From: Anaeromyxobacter sp.
GTDB lineage: Bacteria > Myxococcota > Myxococcia > Myxococcales > Anaeromyxobacteraceae
Assembly (NCBI GenBank): GCA_049840735.1
Contig: JASGJN010000013.1
Coordinates: forward strand, 256,001 to 320,000
DNA: 64,000 nucleotides
Reading direction: 5' to 3'
Made by a program: the position numbers and the translations under genes. Of the stretch, positions 20,734 through 28,561 are shown piece after piece. A model generated the notes under the pieces. It did not search any database. It saw nothing but the letters and a program-made list of their open reading frames with translations, and was not told where the DNA came from. Numbering within the stretch: position 1 is the first letter of the stretch; every line of letters starts with the position of its first letter.

Positions 20734-21190
20734 GCAGGCGCGGGAAGGGTTCCGTACCTGTGCGCGATGCGCTGCGCGGGTCGCTGAGCGTGCGCGTCGG
20801 CTGCTGAGTGCCGGCGTCTGCCATCGCTGCGGCGAGCGGCCGATCTGGTCGGGCGGCGAGTGCTGGGTCTGCCGCGACCGCCGCGCGGCGCGCATCCGCG
20901 TGCGAGCGCTCATAGCCGCCCGCGCAGCGCCTGGTCGGCGCCGCCGTCGCCCGGCCGCTCCGCCCGCCCCAGAGCCGCGCGCTCCTTCTCTCGGCCCCTG
21001 CCGCTGCGACGGGCTCCTCCGGTCGGATGGCACGTGCTGGACGTGCGCGCGGTGCGCCCGCGTGGCCGTGACGCTGACCGCGACACCCGACCTCTTCCGG
21101 CCGGGCGCGCTGCGGTGCGCTCGCCACGGCGTGCTGCCGCGCGACGCAACCGCGTGCCCGGTCTGCGCGCGGGCCGAGCGCGCCGCCTGA
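20711..21190 (+). CDS. Multi-zinc-finger Cys-rich protein
   Basis: CRCGRQ..CARC, CHRC..CWVC, CRC..CWTC, CARH..CPVC; the N-terminus resembles 18789-18998. Confidence 0.6.
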   Translation: MSTCRCGRQAREGFRTCARCAARVAERARRLLSAGVCHRCGERPIWSGGECWVCRDRRAARIRVRALIAARAAPGRRRRRPAAPPAPEPRAPSLGPCRCDGLLRSDGTCWTCARCARVAVTLTATPDLFRPGALRCARHGVLPRDATACPVCARAERAA

Positions 21191-21346
21191 GCGCATCACC
21201 CACTATCCCGCGCCCGCTAGCTCCTACGTCCCCGAGCACTTGGCGGGAAACGTCCGGCCCCGTTTCACGGAGAGTGCGCTGCGTAGCGAAGTACGTCACA
21301 AGGCTTCTCCAGCAGCCGACGCCAACCGCTGAACGGAGAAACCGCC

Positions 21347-21808
21347 ATGACGACCAAGACCGCCAAGAAGACCTCCCGCCCCGCCGCCAAGCCCGCCGCC
21401 AAGAAGGCCGCCCCCGCCCAGAAGCCGGCCGCGAAGCCCGCCGCCGCTGCGCCTGCCGCTGCCCCGGCCCCCGCCGCCAAGCCGGCCTCCGCCCCCGCGC
21501 CGAAGGCCGAGCGCGCGACGCGGGCCGGGCTGGCCTACGCGCTCATCCAGCAGGGCAAGTCCAACGTCGAGGTGTGGGCGGCGCTCCGGGCCGCGTTCGA
21601 CATGCCCGACCACCACTCCTACTACCCGGTCTGGTACCGGGCGAAGCTGGTTCAGGACGGCGTCATCACCAAGGAGTTCGCCCGCCAGCACCGCGGGCCC
21701 ATCATGCAGCGCAAGCCCGCCGCGCCGGTCGCGAGCTCGCCCGCCGCTGCCCCGGCCCCGGCCGCCAAGCCGGCGCCCCAGGCCGAGCCGAAGAAGGCCG
21801 CCAAGTAG
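21347..21808 (+). CDS. Histone H1-like Lys/Ala/Pro-rich protein with a central globular domain
   Basis: KPAAK repeats at both termini, strongly biased codon usage and RBS GGAG. Confidence 0.75.
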   Translation: MTTKTAKKTSRPAAKPAAKKAAPAQKPAAKPAAAAPAAAPAPAAKPASAPAPKAERATRAGLAYALIQQGKSNVEVWAALRAAFDMPDHHSYYPVWYRAKLVQDGVITKEFARQHRGPIMQRKPAAPVASSPAAAPAPAAKPAPQAEPKKAAK

Positions 21809-22018
21809 CGCGCCCCGCCAGCCGTGCAGCGCTCCGCGCCCTGGGGAAGCCCCAGGGCGCAGTCGTTTCTGCGCATGGAAACTGTCCACGGGCGTCGGAC
21901 GCTTGGTACCATGCTGCCCGGCGTGTACTGACTGTGATCGCCAGTGCTCCGTCCCGCGGTCGGGGGTCGGACGCGCGGTGTTCACGGCGGTATCGTTGCA
22001 ACAGAGGGGAACGACACC

Positions 22019-23506
22019 GTGCTCGACTACAAGGCGTGGCCCGAGAAGACGCTCTCGGTAACGGCCCTGCAACTCGATCCGAAGAATCCGCGCCTGCCTG
22101 CAGGCGAGGAACTGGGGCAGCGTGACCTGATCGCGGAGCTTGTCGAGAATGACGACGTGTACGAACTCGCGAGGGACATCGCGGCCGATGGCTACTCGCC
22201 CCTCGAGAACCTGATCGGTCTGGAAGAGGACGACAAGGTCTTCATCGTCGAGGGCAACCGCCGGCTCGCGTCGCTGAAGTTGCTAATCAACCCCGATCTG
22301 GCGCCAGAGGGGCACATCAAGAAGTTCCGCGCCCTCGCGGCTGAGCTCTCCGATCCGACAAAGAAGGTGCGAGTCGTCATCGCGCCGAGCCGCGAGGCCG
22401 CCGCGCCGCTCCTTATGCGGAAGCACACCCGCACGTCGATCGCACGGTGGAGTACGCTCCAGCAGGCGCGTTACTACAAGACCCTCGTCCGGGAGGGCAT
22501 GTCGCTCAAGCGCGTGGCAGAACAGTATGGTGGCACTGCCGGCGAGATTGCAGAGGCCCTGCGAATCAACGCGCTTTACGAGATGGCATGCGGGCTGGAC
22601 CTGCCGGAGGAGGTCCGCGCGAAGGTTCACAATCCGCGCGAGTTCCCGGCCACGACTCTGACGAGACTCTTCGGCGCTCCTGCCATCCGTGAGTTGCTCG
22701 GCGTGGAGTTCAGCGACGAGGGGACCGTTAAGGGCAAGATTCATCCCGACGAATTTCGGCGCGTCTACACCCGCATCCTCACCGAGATCGCTTCGGGCGA
22801 GGCGGACTCTCGCGTGCTCGACTCGGTCCCGCTAATGCTCGACTGGGTGAAGGGGCTGGGGAAGGACCTGCCGGACCCCAAGCGAAAGGGGTCCTTCGAA
22901 CCCGCCGACATCGCTGCAGGGAAGGCGGCCGTTGGTGGCGTGAAGACGGCGACGCCCCCGCCAGCGAAGGCCGCGCGTGCACCCCGCAAGTCCAAGAGCG
23001 TTGTGCCGACGGGCACGCGCTGCACCGTCGCCGATGACCGCATCCGCGACATCTTCGAGGAGCTCAAGCGGTTGCCTGTGGACACGCTCCGCAACTCGTC
23101 CGCCGTCATGATGCGGATCCTTCTGGATTTGGCGGTCGGGCACTACATGTCCAGGACGGGCAAGGTGAAGCCCATCATCGCCGCGGAACGAGAGAGGCTG
23201 AGCAAGCGCAAGAAGCACCTGCCTCGGGACTGGTTCCCCGGCCTGCGGGAGTTGATGAGCGCGCTGATCAGCGACCCTGACTTCTCGCTGCATCCCCAGG
23301 CGCACAGACAGGTGCAGCGGATGCTCAAGCGCGACGAGAGCTCGTTCTCTCTCGACGACCTGAACGCGTACGTTCACAGTCCGTACGTGGAGCCGTCCCC
23401 CAAGGAGTTGCGAGCCGCATGGAAGACCTTGGAGGAGATCTTCGAGGTCGTGCTCCACGAGCCCATCGTGCCGCCCTGGCAACAGAAGGACAGCCCCAAA
23501 GGCTAG
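22019..23506 (+). CDS. ParB/Srx-like N-terminal domain protein with a HEPN-like C-terminus
   Basis: LDPKNPRL and IVEGNRRLASLKLL; C-terminal AVMMRILLD...LNAYVHSP. Confidence 0.7.
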   Translation: MLDYKAWPEKTLSVTALQLDPKNPRLPAGEELGQRDLIAELVENDDVYELARDIAADGYSPLENLIGLEEDDKVFIVEGNRRLASLKLLINPDLAPEGHIKKFRALAAELSDPTKKVRVVIAPSREAAAPLLMRKHTRTSIARWSTLQQARYYKTLVREGMSLKRVAEQYGGTAGEIAEALRINALYEMACGLDLPEEVRAKVHNPREFPATTLTRLFGAPAIRELLGVEFSDEGTVKGKIHPDEFRRVYTRILTEIASGEADSRVLDSVPLMLDWVKGLGKDLPDPKRKGSFEPADIAAGKAAVGGVKTATPPPAKAARAPRKSKSVVPTGTRCTVADDRIRDIFEELKRLPVDTLRNSSAVMMRILLDLAVGHYMSRTGKVKPIIAAERERLSKRKKHLPRDWFPGLRELMSALISDPDFSLHPQAHRQVQRMLKRDESSFSLDDLNAYVHSPYVEPSPKELRAAWKTLEEIFEVVLHEPIVPPWQQKDSPKG

Positions 23507-23519
23507 TATTCGGAACGCG

Positions 23520-24336
23520 ATGGCGACAGCACAGAGCCCCCTTCGGTACCCCGGCGGTAAGCGAATCCTTGCGCGCGTGCTGTCGCACGTCGCCCGCATC
23601 AACGACGTTATCGGCGGCACGTACGCGGAGCCCTACGCCGGCGGCGCTGGCGCGGCGCTAGACCTGCTCTTCGGAGAGTACGTCCACCGCATCCTCATCA
23701 ACGATGCCAATCCATGTGTGCATGCGTTCTGGACGGCCGCGCTCGGCCAGACCGAGCGCTTCCTCAAGCTGGTGCACACGACGCCGCTCACCGTTGAAGA
23801 GTGGGAGCGGCAACGGCAAATCTGCCCAAGCGCCCAAGCGACACTCAGCGCTGCGCCTAGGCTTCGCCACCTTCTACCTGAACCGCTGCAACCGTTCGGG
23901 CATCATCGTCAACGGGGGTCCGATTGGCGGCAAGGACCAGCGCGGGAAGTGGAAGATCGACGCCCGGTACAACCCTGCCGAACTTGATCGACGGATCCGG
24001 AAGATCGCCGCTTACCGCGACCGCATCGCCCTCTCGAACCTCGACGCTATCGACTTCCTCGACCAGGTGAAGGCGCTGCCGGCGAAGGAGAAGCCGTTCG
24101 TCTACCTAGACCCGCCCTACTACGCGAAGGGTCAGGGCCTGTATCTCAACTACTACGAGCCCGAGGACCACGCGCGGCTAGCGACGTATCTCAAGAAGGC
24201 CGCCTTCCCCTGGGTCCTCTCCTACGACAACGTGCCCGAGGTTCGCCGGCTCTATGCGCGTCTCCGGCAGGTTCCGTTCGACCTCGGGTACAGCGCCAGA
24301 GAGCGACGCATCGGCAGCGAAGTGCTGAATCCTTAA
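23520..24336 (+). CDS. DNA adenine methyltransferase (D12/Dam class), frameshifted near 23820; true end may be near 24438
   Basis: SPLRYPGGK, YAEPYAGGAG, INDAN and FVYLDPPYY. Confidence 0.9.
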
Positions 24337-24457
24337 GCGCGGCCTCTTGTTCCCGAAGTCTTGGACGTCCGGAATCCCACCCGAGTTCATCACCGCCCGA
24401 GACGACTTACGCGTTCCGTTTCCGGGCATCGCTGCTTAGCCCACGCGAGGAGCGCCC

Positions 24458-24646
24458 ATGGCCCCCATCATCGTTCCCAGGGACGACGACACGCAGCCCA
24501 CCCCTCCGTGCCCGAGATGCGGGGTCCCCGGCCAGCCGCTGGCCGACAGCCCCCTCGGGCCACCGGGGGTCCGCTGGTACTTCTGCGCGAACAGGTCCTG
24601 CCCGGCCGCACCGCCAGCGCACCAGTGGTACGTCGTGTCTCGCTAG
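24458..24646 (+). CDS. Small zinc-finger protein with Ogr/Delta-like Cys spacing
   Basis: RBS GAGGAG; CPRC-x21-CANRSC. Confidence 0.5.
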   Translation: MAPIIVPRDDDTQPTPPCPRCGVPGQPLADSPLGPPGVRWYFCANRSCPAAPPAHQWYVVSR

Positions 24647-24922
24647 GCCGCTGCGGCGAGGGCCGCCTGGAGCGCTGCGCGGGCCAGCAGGACGTGCGCC
24701 AGGGCCGGCTGGGCGGCTGCGGCGAGGGCCCCGGCCGCCTCCCAGAGGGCCGGCTCGGGCGCTGGGAGGGCCGGACCCCGCAGTGCTGGCGCAGTGCGCG
24801 CCATGCGAAGCGTGGGGTCCCGTGGCACCAGCTGCGCCGGGGAGCGAAGCGCGTCGCCAGCAAATCCGACGGGATGCGACGGCGTGCGCAGTGATGCGAC
24901 CACGTGCGAGCCGTCCGGTAGC

Positions 24923-24969
24923 GCTTGGGGTGCAAGTGGTCGCTGGTTCAAATCCAGTCGCCCCGACTC
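24923..24969 (+). repeat. att core copy 2 (attR of element 1 / attL of relic element 2)
   Basis: 47-bp identity to 7216-7262. Confidence 0.95.
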
Positions 24970-25290
24970 TCTTAGGCCCCGCCGTTGCAGCGGTTTTCCG
25001 CTCCTCGGCGGGGCCGTTTTCTTCGCCCCTCCCACGACCCCGCCCGGCTGGCGCCCGGTTAGTCATCGGCCGCGGTGTTTCTGGCACGTCGCCATCGACG
25101 CGCGCCGCCAGCCGCGCCAGCCCTGCACGCATGTCCTCCACCTCCAGGTGCCCGTAGATCTCGGTGGTGAGCTTCGGGTCGGAGTGGCGGAGCACGCGCT
25201 GCACGGTGGCCAGCGGCACCCACGCCTTGAGGAGCAACGTCGCCGTCGTGTGCCGGAGGTCCTTGAACGTGAGGTGCCGCGCGGCCAAGT
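24970..25290 (-). pseudogene. Tyrosine integrase C-terminal fragment
   Basis: LTFKDLRHTTATLLL...VQRVLRHSDPKLTTEIYGHL; N-terminal part missing. Confidence 0.85.
24975..25023 (+). terminator. Terminator-like hairpin after att copy 2
   Basis: GGCCCCGCCG...CGGCGGGGCC followed by gttttctt. Confidence 0.55.
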
Positions 25291-25560
25291 CGAGAGTAGA
25301 CGTCGGCCAGTGCAACGAGCGCGAACGGCTCCGGACCTTCCGCGGCAATCGCCTCGTCGTAGTAGCTCGCCGCCCTAGAGGTTTCCGTCGAAGTCGCAAA
25401 GGAGCCCTGCCTTCTTGGCCAAGAGGGGGGTGTTGGCTGGCCTCGACGTGCTCGGCCGCGTACGCGCCAACGCTGCCTCCAGGCAAGCGATGGCTTCGCC
25501 CAATCTGCCTGCGCGAGCCAGTTCGGAAGCAGCGCGAAGCGGGTTCTCCTCATCCTTCAT
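25290..25560 (-). pseudogene. TPR-like gene fragment
   Basis: ASELARAGRLGEAIACLEAAL...YYDEAIAAEGPEPFALVALADVY, interrupted and joined to the int fragment. Confidence 0.4.
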
Positions 25561-25759
25561 GACTGCCTCCGGGGCTCGTCCGCCCGGTCTCGCGGGCCAG
25601 GCTCAACAATTCCCGGGCTCGAGCAATCGTACCCAGCGCCGCGGTGATGAACGCTGCGTCATCCCCGCCCTCCTCGAGGCAGGCGTCCCAGTACCGGGCG
25701 ATGTCCTCCTCCTTCTTCAGCTGCTCTGCGGTGTCCCACCTCTTGAGCTTGAGCGTCAT
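25550..25759 (-). pseudogene. Truncated addiction-module antidote protein
   Basis: RWDTAEQLKKEEDIARYWDACLEEGGDDAAFITAALGTIARAR; the HTH part is missing. Confidence 0.7.
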
Positions 25760-25831
25760 GCGTCACCTCTGGAGCTGCAGCGCCAGCCTGCATGCCGACC
25801 ACACTGCCGGGCGCGACGCCCCCCATCGACA

Positions 25832-26104
25832 CTACAGCTTCGCGTTGACGTACCTGGCGAGGATCATCTTGGCGGCGGTCTGGTACCCGACGCCGAGCTC
25901 CTTGCCGCGCTTCCGGAGCGCCTCCTTGAGCTCGTCGCTGAGCAGGATGGACGTCGGCCGCTGGGGGCGCACGACGACGGCGGTCCCCGCGGACTCGATG
26001 TCCCCACCGAGGTCGCGCTCCTTGAACTCGCGCAGCGTCGCGTCGCGGGCTCCCCGAGCGTTCTTCATTGCCCGGCCACGGGCGGTCGTCTTACGTCGCT
26101 GCAT
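25832..26104 (-). CDS. BrnA/CopG-like antitoxin
   Basis: PTSILLSDELKEALRKRGKELGVGYQT; overlaps the toxin stop. Confidence 0.7.
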   Translation of the reverse strand: MQRRKTTARGRAMKNARGARDATLREFKERDLGGDIESAGTAVVVRPQRPTSILLSDELKEALRKRGKELGVGYQTAAKMILARYVNAKL

Positions 26105-26415
26105 CGTATGTCTCCTTCTCCCGCCTCCGCATCGCGCGGCAGCTAATGGGGCGCAGCATGTCACCGCGCCGCGTGAAGATGAGCGCGGCGTGCCGGCCGC
26201 CCGAGGTGACGCCGAGGAGCAGGTAACGTGGCTCGTCGTGTGCCGGCTCGACGATCTCGGCCAGCGAACAGGACCGCAGCATCCAGGATGCTCTCCACAT
26301 CCGCGATGCTGAATCCATGCTTCGTCTGGCTCTTGGTGCTGTTGCCGGCGTCCCACTCCGTCTGGGGTCGCCTCCCCAGCCACTCGGCGATGTCCGGTGC
26401 GGCCCTCAGCCTCAC
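26091..26415 (-). CDS. BrnT-family toxin (DUF497), frameshifted near 26260
   Basis: EWDAGNSTKSQTKHGFSIADVE then EPRYLLLG...IFTRRGDMLRPISCR. Confidence 0.8.
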
Positions 26416-26426
26416 CAGGCGAACTA

Positions 26427-26443
26427 TAGCTATGTCATAGCTA
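26427..26443. promoter_or_regulatory. Palindromic operator upstream of brnT
   Basis: TAGCTATG-T-CATAGCTA perfect inverted repeat. Confidence 0.55.
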
Positions 26444-26519
26444 CCCGTCAAGCCGAGACGCCACCCGCCCGGGCAGGCAGTTGATCGGGCTTGCGGACCC
26501 TTGCTGGGTCAGGTCTCGC

Positions 26520-26714
26520 CCGAGCGGTTGCTGCGGACGAGCGCCGAGAAATCCTGCTCTGCGATCGGAAAGGCATGCGTCGAGATCCGGACGTACGGCA
26601 GCCGGCCCCGCTCGCACAGTCGTAGACGGTCGCCGTCGAGACGCGGAGCCGGGCGGCGGCCTCCTTCACGGTGAGAAGACGCGGACACGAACTCCCAGTC
26701 CCGATTTCTTGCAT
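26520..26714 (-). pseudogene. Excisionase-like HTH remnant
   Basis: LLTVKEAAARLRVSTATVY, then frameshifted. Confidence 0.65.
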
Positions 26715-26844
26715 TACGGGTGCGTTAACTTTCGAGCGAAACGCGACGAATTCGAGCGAAAGCAGCGACCGTGCCTGGTCCGGATCCCCCCTCCTTGCGA
26801 AGAGTTGCCAGACACGACCCATGTTGACTGATGGTACGGACGGA

Positions 26845-26889
26845 CTTGGGGTGCAAGTGGTCGCTGGTTCAAATCCAGTCGCCCCGACT
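26845..26889 (+). repeat. att core copy 3
   Basis: 45-bp identity to 7217-7261; followed by a GAAGCCCCCGGA...TCCGGGGGCTTC hairpin. Confidence 0.95.
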
Positions 26890-27289
26890 TAGAAGCCCCC
26901 GGAAGCGCTCGCGAAAGCGGTGGTCCGGGGGCTTCGTCTTTCCCGGCTTCGAACGGTCTCACCACCGGCTCACCAAGCGGCGAGCCCGACCGTTCGCCCG
27001 GGTTCCTGATCAGGTCCGCGCACGAAGCCGTCGATGGCGGCGTCATCCGCATCGGTGACCTTCGCGCGTTGCTCCTTGCGGCGCTGGAGGCGCTGGAGGA
27101 ACCAGGGCGAGGTGGCGGCGCGTGACCCCATCCCACGCAGCGGTCACCCCGCCTGGAGCCTTCGGTCGAGATTGCATCTCGGCGCCGCTCTCGCGGCGGC
27201 GGGACACGCGTCGCCCAGCGGCGACGGCCGCGGGACGGGTCATGCTGTCTGCGCGCAATGAAGAAGGGGCGGCCCAGCGGGCCGGTGGT

Positions 27290-27707
27290 TCAGTTGACGA
27301 CAGCGGGCCCGCGCTGATTGGCGACCCGGGCGACCAGCAGCGCGTCGCGGAGGGTCTCCGCGGCACGGGCCCAGGCGATGGGGCCGCCGTCCTTGCGAGG
27401 CGCCAGGGCCCGCCAAGCGCTCAGCGCGTTGTAGCCGATGATCCGCAGCCAGCTGACGGTCTCGATGGCGGCCCGGTTCGCCTGGCAGGGGTGGCCGTCG
27501 TCCTCGCCCAGCACCACGTCCCGGGTCCAGTGGCAGCGGTTCTCGATCCCCCAGTGCAGTCGGACGAGCGCCAGCTCCTGGTCGCGGGTCAGTCAGGGTT
27601 CCGGCGGGGATCGACGTGACGAAGTACCGCTGCTCGACCGCCACGATCTTGCCGCGCCGGTCGGTCGTGGTCTGACAGACGTACCAGAGCTGCTGGGCGC
27701 CCTCCAT
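27290..27707 (-). pseudogene. ISAs1-family transposase C-terminal fragment
   Basis: EQRYFVTS...VRLHWGIENRCHWTRDVVLGED. Confidence 0.75.
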
Positions 27708-27743
27708 GTTGCGCTGTAGCGCCACTGTAGCTACACTCGCCCC

Positions 27744-27992
27744 ATGCGCAAGGACGCCGTTTACCGGATGCGGGTCCCCAAGCGGACCCTCGCCGCCATC
27801 AAGAAGGTCGCGGCCGCCAAGGGCGAGGACGCCTCCGAGTGGGGTCGCGCCATCATCGAGACGGAGCTGCGCCGAGATCTGGCCGCGCTGCAGCTGCGCG
27901 ACCAGCTCCAGGCCGCCAAGGCCGGGAGCCTCACCGAGGACGAGGCCATGGACCTCGTCAACGAGGCAAAGCGGGCCACGAGGGCCCGGTGA
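27744..27992 (+). CDS. Ribbon-helix-helix-type antitoxin
   Basis: VYRMRVPKRTLAAIKKVA; coupled to a PIN gene; TGTAGCTACA palindrome at 27726-27735 upstream. Confidence 0.7.
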   Translation: MRKDAVYRMRVPKRTLAAIKKVAAAKGEDASEWGRAIIETELRRDLAALQLRDQLQAAKAGSLTEDEAMDLVNEAKRATRAR

Positions 27993-28417
27993 TCCGGGCG
28001 GTCCTCGACTGCAACGTGGTCATCACCGCCGCCCTGACCCGAGGCAAGTGCGCCGAGCTGGTCTCCAGGGCACGGCTCCGCGACGGCTTCGAGCTGGTCT
28101 GGTCGCCCCCCATCGTCGCCGAATGCCTCCGCGTCATCGAGTACCCGAAGCTCGCCGGCAAGTTCCGCACAGACCCGCGCCTCCTCGTCGAGCGGGCCAT
28201 GGCCAGCGCTCACATGGTGGCGACCGACCTGCTGCCCGCACTGGACGTCGTGAAGGCCGACCCTTCGGACAACGTCTACCTGGCGACCGCGCTGGCGGGC
28301 GGCGCACGCTGGGTGGTGACCGGCAACACCCGGCACCTCACGCCGCTCGACGGCTACGCGGGGCTCAAGGTCGTGGAGCCGGTGGTCTTCCTGGCGGAAC
28401 TCGACGCGCAAGGGTGA
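27989..28417 (+). CDS. PIN-domain toxin
   Basis: RAVLDCNV, DPSDNVYLATALAGGARWVVTGNTRHL. Confidence 0.88.
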   Translation: MIRAVLDCNVVITAALTRGKCAELVSRARLRDGFELVWSPPIVAECLRVIEYPKLAGKFRTDPRLLVERAMASAHMVATDLLPALDVVKADPSDNVYLATALAGGARWVVTGNTRHLTPLDGYAGLKVVEPVVFLAELDAQG

Positions 28418-28561
28418 TCGCCCCTGGCAGGGACCGGATTCTGGTTTCCCGACCCGCACGTGCGCCGGCCGCCCCTCGGCGACGAGGAGCCCTCCGGCGA
28501 GGGCGGGCCGGCGGATGGATCGCCGCTCCACCGAGCGCGGGTGCGCCCGAGCACGCCGCGC

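Larger units (their letters stand above)
24923..26889. mobile_element. Degenerate 1.9 kb integrated element in the same tRNA att
   Basis: Bounded by att copies 2 and 3; holds an integrase fragment, an xis remnant and TA genes. Confidence 0.75.

Noticed and set aside
24901..24969. Second and third tRNA-Pro genes (also 26845-26889)
   Set aside because: Only the 3' 45-47 nt are present, with no 5' acceptor strand or D-arm; these are att duplications.
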